From the IMG/VR virus record IMGVR_UViG_2630968567_000005: a DNA stretch of 20,000 nt. One strand, given 5' to 3'. A model generated the notes under the pieces. It was not told the DNA's origin. It worked only from the letters and a program-made list of their open reading frames with translations, and ran no database searches. The DNA is from an uncultured virus (IMG/VR IMGVR_UViG_2630968567_000005). Its lineage: Duplodnaviria > Heunggongvirae > Uroviricota > Caudoviricetes. Positions 7,824 to 15,486 of the stretch are shown in pieces (position 1 is the stretch's first letter; the number at the start of each line of letters is the position of its first letter). A program made the position numbers and the translations under genes.

Positions 7824-8269
7824 ATGAGCTGAAACCCTTTGATGACGCATTGGCCGGGCTGATTGCCAGTCTGACACCCAAAGCCCGCAAAGCGCTGGCG
7901 GTGACAGTTGCCAAACGCCTGCGGGCCAGTCAACAGCAACGCATTAAACGCCAGCAAGCGCCCGACGGCACCCCGTATGCCGCGCGTAAATCTCAACCAT
8001 TGCGTAAGCCAAAAGGCCGGATTAAGCGGGAAATGTTCGCCAAGTTGCGCACCGCCCGCTATATGAAAGCCAACAGTAGCCCAAATGAGGCGGTGGTCGA
8101 GTTTGCCGGGCGCGTGGAACGCATGGCGCGGGTGCATCATTTTGGCCTGCGTGACCGCCCGAACGTGCACAGCAAAGATGTGCAGTATGACGAGCGGCCG
8201 TTGCTCGGTTTCGGTCAGCAAGATATTGCTATTGTGGAAAGTGCTGTACTAAGTTACATCGGAAAATAA
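7820..8269 (+). CDS. S: Tail completion/virion morphogenesis protein, P2 gpS-like
   Basis: LRASQQQRIKRQQAPDGTPYAARK...MFAKLRTARYMK...ARVHHFGLRD...Y.ERPLLGF; ATGA overlap with R. Confidence 0.93.
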   Translation: MNELKPFDDALAGLIASLTPKARKALAVTVAKRLRASQQQRIKRQQAPDGTPYAARKSQPLRKPKGRIKREMFAKLRTARYMKANSSPNEAVVEFAGRVERMARVHHFGLRDRPNVHSKDVQYDERPLLGFGQQDIAIVESAVLSYIGK

Positions 8270-8331
8270 TAGTCTAACAATATGTTATTTCTGCTAGTCT
8301 AATTTAAAAACTGGGTGAAAAAGGTAATCAA

Positions 8332-9063
8332 ATGGACATTCTAAAAGAGTCTCTTACATTTTCTCAAAATAATATCAGGGAAATATCGTTTAATAAGAAG
8401 TCTATCAAGTCAGTATTAGCCATAGGCATATTCTCATCAATGATTGAGTTAACAAGGTCGATGATCACACTTTTGGAAACTAATAATTTCACCGGCCCAT
8501 ACTCTATTTTTAGAACTTTTCTAGAGTGCTATGTTGATGTTATAAATATTCATGACAATGAAGAATACTTTAAATTACTTATGTTGGAATTTCACGAAAG
8601 AGAAGAGAGATTGATGCGGAGTTCCAAAAAAGGCAATAAATATACTAAGTCATTATTGGAAATGGATGACTTTTGTTTGATTTATAAAAAACATAAGAAC
8701 GAAATAAGAAGTCTAAAGAAAATAGTTCAAAGAGTTGATGGCAAAACAACCATAGCTGAAAAGTTCACAATGGCAGGGTTGAAAGATGAGTGCGACTCAA
8801 TATATTCAAAACTATGCACTGAGGCACATAGCAGTTTAGAAGCCGTCCTTAATAGGCATTTAGAGTTTGATGAGGATAATAAAGATATGACAGTGTTGCT
8901 TTATAACAATAAAAAGGCTGCTGATTTTTATTATTACATAGGGATAATACCATTGTTGCTTCTTAATGCAGGTGTTCTTACTTGTGAAACACTTAATTCT
9001 GGCTCTAGTGCATTATTTTCGGAAAAATATCATGAAATTGAATTAATGATAAAAAATAATTAA
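8332..9063 (+). CDS. AT-rich accessory (moron) gene; all-alpha protein with DUF5677/HEPN-like motifs, function unknown
   Basis: 243-aa ORF in a sharply AT-rich segment (about 8230-9140) between S and V; AAGGT SD-like sequence upstream; motifs R61-x3-E65 (FRTFLE) and Y158-x2-LC-x3-H166 (YSKLCTEAHS). The ORF is well supported; the family call is from motif recall only. Confidence 0.7.
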   Translation: MDILKESLTFSQNNIREISFNKKSIKSVLAIGIFSSMIELTRSMITLLETNNFTGPYSIFRTFLECYVDVINIHDNEEYFKLLMLEFHEREERLMRSSKKGNKYTKSLLEMDDFCLIYKKHKNEIRSLKKIVQRVDGKTTIAEKFTMAGLKDECDSIYSKLCTEAHSSLEAVLNRHLEFDEDNKDMTVLLYNNKKAADFYYYIGIIPLLLLNAGVLTCETLNSGSSALFSEKYHEIELMIKNN

Positions 9064-9082
9064 ATTTATAGATATATATTTT

Positions 9083-9146
9083 TGTGCCATAGATAGCAGA
9101 ACATCATCTATTTGAAGCATGTTTATAAAAAAGACATGCTTCACCC
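9083..9146 (+). promoter_or_regulatory. Late promoter pV: Ogr-type box with one mismatch plus -10 element
   Basis: TGT-GCCATAGATAGC-AGA (9083-9100) versus consensus TGT-N12-ACA; its left half TTGTGCCA is identical to the other two boxes. -10-like CATGCT at 9135-9140 lies six nt before the V ATG. Confidence 0.65.
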
Positions 9147-9788
9147 ATGAACATTCAAACCCAAATCACTGAAATTCTACGCCTGCTGCGCAACCTGATC
9201 CGTATTGGTACGGTGGCCGAGGTCGATCTCGACCAAGCCCTGTGCCGTGTGGCAACGGGAGACAATATCACCGGCTGGTTAAACTGGCTGACGCTGCGCG
9301 CCGGTCAATCGCGATCATGGTGGGCACCGTCCGAGGGTGAACAGGTGTTGATATTGTCTCTCGGTGGTGAGCTGGACACCGCCTTTGTGCTGCCGGGCAT
9401 TTTCTCTGATGACTTCCCGCCGCCGTCGGCCTCGGCGAATGGCTTGTATATCACCTTTCCTGATGGTGCGACCCTGCATTATGAACCTGAGAGTGGCGAG
9501 TTACAGGCGGATGGCATCAAAACGGCGGTTATCAATGCCAGTGAATCGGTCACTGTCACCGCACCCAATATCACCTGTACTGCCTCGGTCAAAATCCTGC
9601 TGGATACACCCGAAGTGGAGTGCACCCACAACCTGACTACCGGCACGTTGAATGTGAAGAAAGGCGGCAAGATGAGCGGCAATATTGAGCATTCTGGCGG
9701 CAAGTTCTCATCTAATGGCGTGGTGGTTGATAACCATGACCATGGCGGCGTGCAGCGCGGTGGTAGTTACACGGAGGGGATTCAATGA
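9147..9788 (+). CDS. V: Baseplate assembly protein V (tail spike), P2 gpV-like
   Basis: LLRNLIRIGTVAEVD...RAGQSRSWWAPSEGEQVL; C-terminal beta-helix and HDH metal-binding motif (DNHDHGGV). Confidence 0.95.
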   Translation: MNIQTQITEILRLLRNLIRIGTVAEVDLDQALCRVATGDNITGWLNWLTLRAGQSRSWWAPSEGEQVLILSLGGELDTAFVLPGIFSDDFPPPSASANGLYITFPDGATLHYEPESGELQADGIKTAVINASESVTVTAPNITCTASVKILLDTPEVECTHNLTTGTLNVKKGGKMSGNIEHSGGKFSSNGVVVDNHDHGGVQRGGSYTEGIQ

Positions 9789-10135
9789 CAACCGCTAAAT
9801 ACCTCGGCATGAACCGCAACGCCGGGCAAAGCATTACCGATGCTGACCATATCAGCCAGTCTATCGCTGACATTCTTATTACTCCTGTCGGTTCGCGGGT
9901 GATGCGCCGCGCTTATGGTTCGCTGTTATCGGAGCTGATTGACCAGCCACAAAATCCGGCCCTGCGCCTGCAAATTATGGCCGCCAGTTACAGCGCCATT
10001 TTGCGCTGGGAGCCGAGAGTTAAGCTGACCGGCATCACCTTTGAAACCACCTTTGACGGAAAAATGGTGGTCGATATCACCGGCACCCGCACTGATGGCG
10101 CGGCCCCTCTCTCTTTAACCATCCCTGTGAGCTAA
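9785..10135 (+). CDS. W: Baseplate protein W (gp25-like), P2 gpW-like
   Basis: HISQSIADILITPVGSRVMRRAYGSLL..LIDQPQN...AILRWEPR. Confidence 0.95.
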   Translation: MTTAKYLGMNRNAGQSITDADHISQSIADILITPVGSRVMRRAYGSLLSELIDQPQNPALRLQIMAASYSAILRWEPRVKLTGITFETTFDGKMVVDITGTRTDGAAPLSLTIPVS

Positions 10136-10139
10136 CCCT

Positions 10140-11048
10140 ATGGCAACCATTGACCTGAGCCTGTTACCGCCGCCGTTTGTGGTGGAAGAACTGGATTATG
10201 AAATTCTGTTGGCTGAGCGCAAAGCCACGCTGATATCTCTTTACCCGGAAGAACAGCGTGCCGCAGTGGCCCGCACGTTGTCGCTGGAATCTGAGCCGCT
10301 GGTCAAGTTGCTACAGGAAAATGCCTACCGCGAGGTGATATTGCGCCAGCGCGTCAACGATGCCGCTCGTGCGGTGATGGTGGCCTATGCCGTCGGCAGC
10401 GATTTAGACCAGCTCGGCGCAAATAACAACGTTGCGCGGTTGGTGATTATTCCGGCTGACCCCGCCGCTATTCCACCCATTGAGGCGGTGATGGAATCTG
10501 ACAGTGATTTCCGGGTGCGTATCCCGCAAGCCTTTGAGGGCTTGAGCGTGGCGGGGCCAACCGGTGCATATGAGTATCACGCCAAAAGCGCCGATGGCCG
10601 GGTGGCCGATGCCTCGGCAATCAGTCCGACACCCGCTTGTGTCACGGTCACGGTGTTATCGCGTGAGGGAAACGGCGAAGCATCAAGCGAACTGCTGGCG
10701 GTGGTCGAAGCCGCGCTAAATGATGAGAACACGCGGCCAGTGGCTGACCGGGTGACGGTGCAATCCGCCCGGATTGAAGACTATGAAATTGACGCGGTGC
10801 TCTACCTGCATCCGGGGCCGGAAGCGGAGCCGGTGCGCATTGCGGCTGAGAAAAAACTGACTGCCTTTGTCACCGCACAGCGCCGCCTCGGCCGCGACAT
10901 TCGCCTGTCAGCACTCTATGCCGCGCTGCATGTTGAGGGGGTACAGCGGGCGGTGATTAATGCCCCGTTGGCCGACGTGGTGCTGGATAAAACTCAAGCT
11001 GCTTGGTGCACCGGCAGCACTATCACTGTCGGGGGTACCGATGACTGA
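10140..11048 (+). CDS. J: Baseplate wedge protein, P2 gpJ-like
   Basis: MATIDLSLLPPP.VVEELDYE...LESEPLVKLLQENAYRE...AFEGLSVAGPTGAYEYHA.SADGRVAD...RPVADRVTVQSA. Confidence 0.96.
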   Translation: MATIDLSLLPPPFVVEELDYEILLAERKATLISLYPEEQRAAVARTLSLESEPLVKLLQENAYREVILRQRVNDAARAVMVAYAVGSDLDQLGANNNVARLVIIPADPAAIPPIEAVMESDSDFRVRIPQAFEGLSVAGPTGAYEYHAKSADGRVADASAISPTPACVTVTVLSREGNGEASSELLAVVEAALNDENTRPVADRVTVQSARIEDYEIDAVLYLHPGPEAEPVRIAAEKKLTAFVTAQRRLGRDIRLSALYAALHVEGVQRAVINAPLADVVLDKTQAAWCTGSTITVGGTDD

Positions 11049-11649
11049 CCGCTTACTCCCTGTCGGTTCGTCGGTGCTGGAAGTGGCCGCCGCGCGCGCC
11101 TGTGCCGAACTGGAGAATACCCCGATTCCGATTCGCCAGCTGTGGAACGCCGACACCTGCCCGCTTGAATTATTGCCTTATTTGGCGTGGGCGTGGTCAG
11201 TGGATCGCTGGGATGAGAAATGGCCGGAAGCCACTAAGCGCTCAGTGGTGAAGTCCTCGCAGTACGTCCACAAACACAAAGGCACCATCGGTGCAATTCG
11301 TCGGGTAGTTGAGCCGCTGGGTTATCTCATCAAGGTGATTGAGTGGTGGAAGACCAACGAAACCCCCGGCACCTTTCGCCTTGATGTTGGGGTGCTAGAA
11401 ACCGGCATTACCGAAGAGATGTATCAAGAGCTGGAGCGGCTGATAGACGACGCCAAACCATGCAGCCGCCACTTAGTCGGCCTGTCTATCAATCTCGACA
11501 GTAGCGGCCCGCTGTTTGTGGCCGCTGCCAGTTACAGCGGTGATGAGCTGACCATTTACCCCTATTTACCTGAAACTATAACCGTGACCGGCGAGGATTA
11601 CGCCAGCGCCGCCGTCCATATTATTGATGACCTGAGAGTGAACCCATGA
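11041..11649 (+). CDS. I: Baseplate/tail formation protein, P2 gpI-like
   Basis: MTDRLLPVGSSVLEVAAA...LWNADTCP..LLPYLAWAWSVDRWD...HKHKGTIGAIRRVVEPLG; start at ATG 11041 overlapping the J end (the ORF track extends to 10960). Confidence 0.94.
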   Translation: MTDRLLPVGSSVLEVAAARACAELENTPIPIRQLWNADTCPLELLPYLAWAWSVDRWDEKWPEATKRSVVKSSQYVHKHKGTIGAIRRVVEPLGYLIKVIEWWKTNETPGTFRLDVGVLETGITEEMYQELERLIDDAKPCSRHLVGLSINLDSSGPLFVAAASYSGDELTIYPYLPETITVTGEDYASAAVHIIDDLRVNP

Positions 11650-12809
11650 CAGCGAGATTCTTTGCTTTACTAACCAACATCGGCGCGGCCAAGCTGGCGA
11701 ACGCCACCGCGCTCGGCACCCGCTTAGAGATTACCCACATGGCGGTCGGGGATGGCGGCGGAACCCTGCCAACCCCTAACCCGGCACAAACCCAACTGGT
11801 GAATGAACAGCGCCGCGCCGCTCTCAATACCTTGTCTGTTGACCCGATTAACACCAGTCAGATTATTGCTGAACAGGTGATTCCAGAGGCTGAGGGCGGG
11901 TGGTGGATTCGTGAAATTGGTTTGCTGGATAAAGACGGTGATTTAATTGCCATTGCCAACTGTGCCGAAACCTATAAGCCACTGATGCAGGAGGGCAGCG
12001 GCCGTACCCAAACTATTCGGGTAATTTTAATTGTTAGCAGCACGGCAGCGGTTACGCTGAAAATCGACCCGTCGGTGGTGCTAGCAACGCGTAAATATGT
12101 TGATGATAAAATTATTGAGGTTAAGCAGTACGCCGACAAGCTGCTCATTGAGCACGAGAAATCACGTAACCATCCGGACGCTACGCTGAACGCGAAAGGT
12201 TTTGCACAGTACAGTAATGCCACTGACAGCGACAGCGAAAAGCAGGCCGCCACCTCAAAGGCAGTAAACATGGTTGCCAAAGCCGGTGTAATGGCAATGA
12301 GCGACCACGTACAAACCGATAACCCCCATGACCAATATTTACAGATTGCCAACCTGTTATCAGAGATTAAAGCACAGGGGCCAGCCGCACTGGCTGAGAC
12401 TCTCGAAAACCTTGGTTTAGGCGACGCAGCTAAAAAGGGAATTGCATCAAATGTGGAAATGCAGGTGGGTACGGCGGATAAGCTGGTTTCACTGGTTGGG
12501 TTGATGAGTATTTTCGGTAAGAGAACTTTCACCGCGAATGACTATATGCGATTTCCTGATGTTCCGGGCGGCTTTATTTTGCAATTTGGTACAGCCGTTA
12601 CATCAGCTGCCGGTGATGTAGTAGTGACATTTCCCGTCCCGTTCCCTAATAAAATACTGGGTGTTTATCCGTCGCAAAACAACAGTTATACCAATGGTGC
12701 CTGGGCGTCATATGCCAGTAAATCACTGGCTAGCTTTGCCTTATCTGGCTGGACAAACGCAACGACGCGAATTGCAATTGGCATCGATTACTTTGCTATA
12801 GGATATTAA
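11646..12809 (+). CDS. H: Tail fibre protein, P2 gpH-like (short, 387 aa)
   Basis: Conserved N-terminal baseplate-binding domain (LLTNIGAAKLANATALG...WWIREIGL...KIDPSVVLATR), a fibre repeat (HPDATLNAKGFAQYSNATDSDSE) and a C-terminal PGGFILQFG...VTFPVPFPN...YFAIGY tip domain. Confidence 0.92.
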   Translation: MTARFFALLTNIGAAKLANATALGTRLEITHMAVGDGGGTLPTPNPAQTQLVNEQRRAALNTLSVDPINTSQIIAEQVIPEAEGGWWIREIGLLDKDGDLIAIANCAETYKPLMQEGSGRTQTIRVILIVSSTAAVTLKIDPSVVLATRKYVDDKIIEVKQYADKLLIEHEKSRNHPDATLNAKGFAQYSNATDSDSEKQAATSKAVNMVAKAGVMAMSDHVQTDNPHDQYLQIANLLSEIKAQGPAALAETLENLGLGDAAKKGIASNVEMQVGTADKLVSLVGLMSIFGKRTFTANDYMRFPDVPGGFILQFGTAVTSAAGDVVVTFPVPFPNKILGVYPSQNNSYTNGAWASYASKSLASFALSGWTNATTRIAIGIDYFAIGY

Positions 12810-12812
12810 ATT

Positions 12813-13298
12813 ATGGATGCACTGTTTAGCCCCAGCATAATTGCTTTTTATTCGGTGAATATGATTGAAGATGGTAGTTACAGAGACTCGCTGCCCGATG
12901 ATTTAATCGTTCCAACCCGTGAGGAATTAACCATCTATTGGAAAAAGACTCCACCAATAAATAAACAACTTGGTGTTATTGATGGCCGCCCCGAGTGGGT
13001 TGATATTTTATTTTTCCCAATATTTACATATGATGAATTGGCGGCAACAGCGCGCCAGCATCGAGATGATTTTATTGTGGCAACCGACCCTGTAATGGTC
13101 AGCGATTATTGTATTGATGATGTGCCACTGACAGAGGCACAACGTGAAGAACTTATCGCCACCCGCGCCCGTTATCGTGTATGGCCGACACAGGAAAACT
13201 GGCCGCTGATTGAGTTGCCGGAGCTGCCGCAGTGGCTGTTAGTGGAGGCGGTTAATCAGGGCTATCGTGTCCCCGTCTGGCCGCCGCTGTCAGCCTGA
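12813..13298 (+). CDS. G: Tail fibre assembly chaperone, at the P2 gene G position
   Basis: Directly follows H; FSPS..AFY, LPDDL, PP..KQLG..DGRPEWVD and C-terminal WP..P motifs typical of Tfa-type chaperones. Confidence 0.8.
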   Translation: MDALFSPSIIAFYSVNMIEDGSYRDSLPDDLIVPTREELTIYWKKTPPINKQLGVIDGRPEWVDILFFPIFTYDELAATARQHRDDFIVATDPVMVSDYCIDDVPLTEAQREELIATRARYRVWPTQENWPLIELPELPQWLLVEAVNQGYRVPVWPPLSA

Positions 13299-13309
13299 TA
13301 TTTTATATT

Positions 13310-13330
13310 AGCCCCAATTGCGGGGCTTTT
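13310..13330 (+). terminator. Rho-independent terminator ending the V-W-J-I-H-G operon
   Basis: AGCCCC-AATTGC-GGGGCT followed by TTT(CGTT), beginning 12 nt after the G stop codon. Confidence 0.75.
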
Positions 13331-13333
13331 CGT

Positions 13334-13394
13334 TGTGCCATTTCCCACACATCCCCTATCAATCGCCCCCCGTGCGGTAAGCCGTCACCATACT
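13334..13394 (+). promoter_or_regulatory. Late promoter pF: Ogr-type box plus -10 element
   Basis: Exact TGT-GCCATTTCCCAC-ACA (13334-13351) and -10-like CATACT (13389-13394) upstream of FI, with spacing similar to the other late promoters. Confidence 0.8.
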
Positions 13395-13423
13395 CTCACC
13401 CTCAATCAACAGAGAGTTAATCT

Positions 13424-14593
13424 ATGAGTGATTACCATCACGGCGTCCGCGTTCTCGAAATCAACGAGGGGACGCGTGTCATTTCCACTATTTCCACCGC
13501 CATTGTCGGCATGGTCTGCACCGCCGAGGATGCCGACGCGGCAGCCTTTCCCCTTGATACCCCGGTGCTGATTACTGACGTGCTGGCCGCCGCCGGTAAA
13601 GCCGGTAAAAAAGGCACACTGGCTGCATCACTGCTGGCGATTGCGGAACAGTCCCGCCCGGTCACGATAGTGGTGCGCGTGGCAACCGGTAAAGATGAAG
13701 ATGAAACCACGTCTAATATCATCGGTGGCGCAGACGAGAACGGCCGCTACACCGGCATGAAAGCGTTGTTAGATGCGCAGTCTGTCACCGGTGTGCGCCC
13801 GCGTATTTTGGGTGTGCCGGGGCTGGATAATCTGGCGGTATCGACGGCACTGGCGGGCATCTGTCAGAAGTTGCGCGCCTTTGGTTATATCAGCGCTTAC
13901 GGTTGCAAAACCCTTTCCGAGGCTATCTTGTACCGTGACAATTTCAGCCAGCGTGAGCTGATGTTGATTTGGCCGGATTTTTTGAGCTGGAACACCACCG
14001 CCAACAGTACCGATATTGCTTATGCCACTGCCCGCGCACTGGGCTTGCGCGCCAAGATTGATACTGATACCGGCTGGCATAAAACCCTGTCTAATGTCGG
14101 CGTAAATGGCGTGACCGGTATCTCTGCCAGCGTCTACTGGGATTTGCAGACCGTTGGCACTGACGCTGACCTGCTAAACCAAGCCTGTGTTACCACCCTT
14201 GTACGCAAAGACGGTTTCAAGTTTTGGGGTTCGCGCACCTGCTCCGATGATCCACTGTTTGCTTTCGAGAACTACACCCGCACTGCACAAATTCTGGCGG
14301 ACACCATGGCCGAGGCGCAGTTGTGGGCGATAGACCGCCCGATGCACCCGACGCTGGTTAAAGACATGATTGGCAGCATTAATGCCAAATTCCGTGAAAT
14401 GAAATCTGCCGGGCTGATTATTGATGGCACTTGCTGGTATGACGACAGCGCCAACGATAAAGACACCCTGAAAGCGGGCAAGCTGTTTATCGATTACGAC
14501 TACACCCCAGTGCCACCACTGGAAGACCTCACCCTGCGCCAGCGTATCACCGATAAATATCTGGTGAACTTTGCCGCTGCCGTCAACAGCTAA
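13424..14593 (+). CDS. FI: Contractile tail sheath protein, P2 gpFI-like
   Basis: MSDYHHGVRVLEINEGTR...TGVRPRILGVPGLD...GWHKTLSNVGVNGVTG...FWGSRTCSDDPLF.FENYTRTAQ...DYDYTPVPPLEDL. Confidence 0.97.
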   Translation: MSDYHHGVRVLEINEGTRVISTISTAIVGMVCTAEDADAAAFPLDTPVLITDVLAAAGKAGKKGTLAASLLAIAEQSRPVTIVVRVATGKDEDETTSNIIGGADENGRYTGMKALLDAQSVTGVRPRILGVPGLDNLAVSTALAGICQKLRAFGYISAYGCKTLSEAILYRDNFSQRELMLIWPDFLSWNTTANSTDIAYATARALGLRAKIDTDTGWHKTLSNVGVNGVTGISASVYWDLQTVGTDADLLNQACVTTLVRKDGFKFWGSRTCSDDPLFAFENYTRTAQILADTMAEAQLWAIDRPMHPTLVKDMIGSINAKFREMKSAGLIIDGTCWYDDSANDKDTLKAGKLFIDYDYTPVPPLEDLTLRQRITDKYLVNFAAAVNS

Positions 14594-14606
14594 GGAAACC
14601 TGACTT

Positions 14607-15122
14607 ATGGCACTGCCACGTAAGCTGAAATTGATGAACCTGTTTAACGATGGCCGGGATTACATGGGGATCGTCTCGTCCATTACCCTGCCAAAACTGA
14701 CCCGCAAGCTGGAGAACTACCGGGGCGGCGGGATGAATGGCGTTGCGCCGATTGATTTGGGGCTGGATGACGATGCGCTTTCCATGGAGTGGTCGATGGG
14801 CGGCATTGACGAGCTGGTGTTGCAGCAATGGGGAACACCCAAAGTTGACGCGGTTCCGCTGCGTTTTGCCGGTGCTTATCAGCGTGACGACACTGGCGAA
14901 GTCACAGCGGTAGAGGTCGAAATCCGTGGCCGTCATAAAGAGATTGATGGCGGCGAATCCAAACAAGGGGAAGACACCGAAACTAAGGTATCCACCCAGT
15001 GTACTTACTACAAGCTGACCATTGACAGCAAGGTGGTGATGGAGATTGACGTGGTTAACCTGATTGAAATGGTTAACGGCGTAGACCTGCTGGAAGCCCA
15101 ACGCAAGGCCATTGGCCGCTAA
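14607..15122 (+). CDS. FII: Major tail tube protein, P2 gpFII-like
   Basis: MALPRKLKLMNLFNDG...LPKLTRKLENYRGGGMNG...LRFAGAYQRDDTGEV; AAGGA SD upstream. Confidence 0.97.
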   Translation: MALPRKLKLMNLFNDGRDYMGIVSSITLPKLTRKLENYRGGGMNGVAPIDLGLDDDALSMEWSMGGIDELVLQQWGTPKVDAVPLRFAGAYQRDDTGEVTAVEVEIRGRHKEIDGGESKQGEDTETKVSTQCTYYKLTIDSKVVMEIDVVNLIEMVNGVDLLEAQRKAIGR

Positions 15123-15174
15123 CTCTGATGGCCGGTGTTAATCCGCTGGCCTCCCTGACTGAATTGGAAAAACC

Positions 15175-15486
15175 ATGAAAAAAGTAACTGCTAAAACTGA
15201 ACCCGCCACCGAGGTTAACGAGAATCTGGTGGTACTGGACACCCCATTAAAGCGTGGGGATACCTTAATCACTGAAATTGAAGTCCGTCGCCCCAATGCC
15301 GGGACGTTGCGCGGTGTTCGCCTGTTTGATGTGGCTCACTCTGAAGTCGATGCGCTGATTATCGTGTTGCCACGAATCACCACCCCCACACTGACCGCCG
15401 CCGAATGTGGCCGCTTAGAATTACCGGATTTAGTGGCGCTGGCGGGTAAGGTGATTGGTTTTTTGTCGCCGAAACAGGCGGGGTAG
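15175..15486 (+). CDS. E: Tail assembly chaperone, P2 gpE-like
   Basis: LDTPLKRG...RRPNAGTLRGV.L......VDALIIVLPRIT.P.LT...LELPDLVALAGKVIGFLSP. Confidence 0.92.
   Translation: MKKVTAKTEPATEVNENLVVLDTPLKRGDTLITEIEVRRPNAGTLRGVRLFDVAHSEVDALIIVLPRITTPTLTAAECGRLELPDLVALAGKVIGFLSPKQAG

Noticed and set aside
8220..8331. A specific sigma70 promoter for the moron gene
   Set aside because: Several AT-rich hexamers could serve (for example TTGCTA at 8226 with TAAGTT at 8250), but none is convincing enough to call by eye.
11972..12532. 186-aa minus-strand ORF inside the tail fibre gene, and similar antisense ORFs in O, L, S, FII, U and D
   Set aside because: Antisense shadows of conserved structural genes, with no independent evidence of coding.
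11646..13423. Possible diversity-generating retroelement or invertible tail-fibre switch
   Set aside because: No reverse transcriptase, no visible template/variable repeat pair duplicating the H 3' end, and no invertase or inverted second fibre gene in the window.
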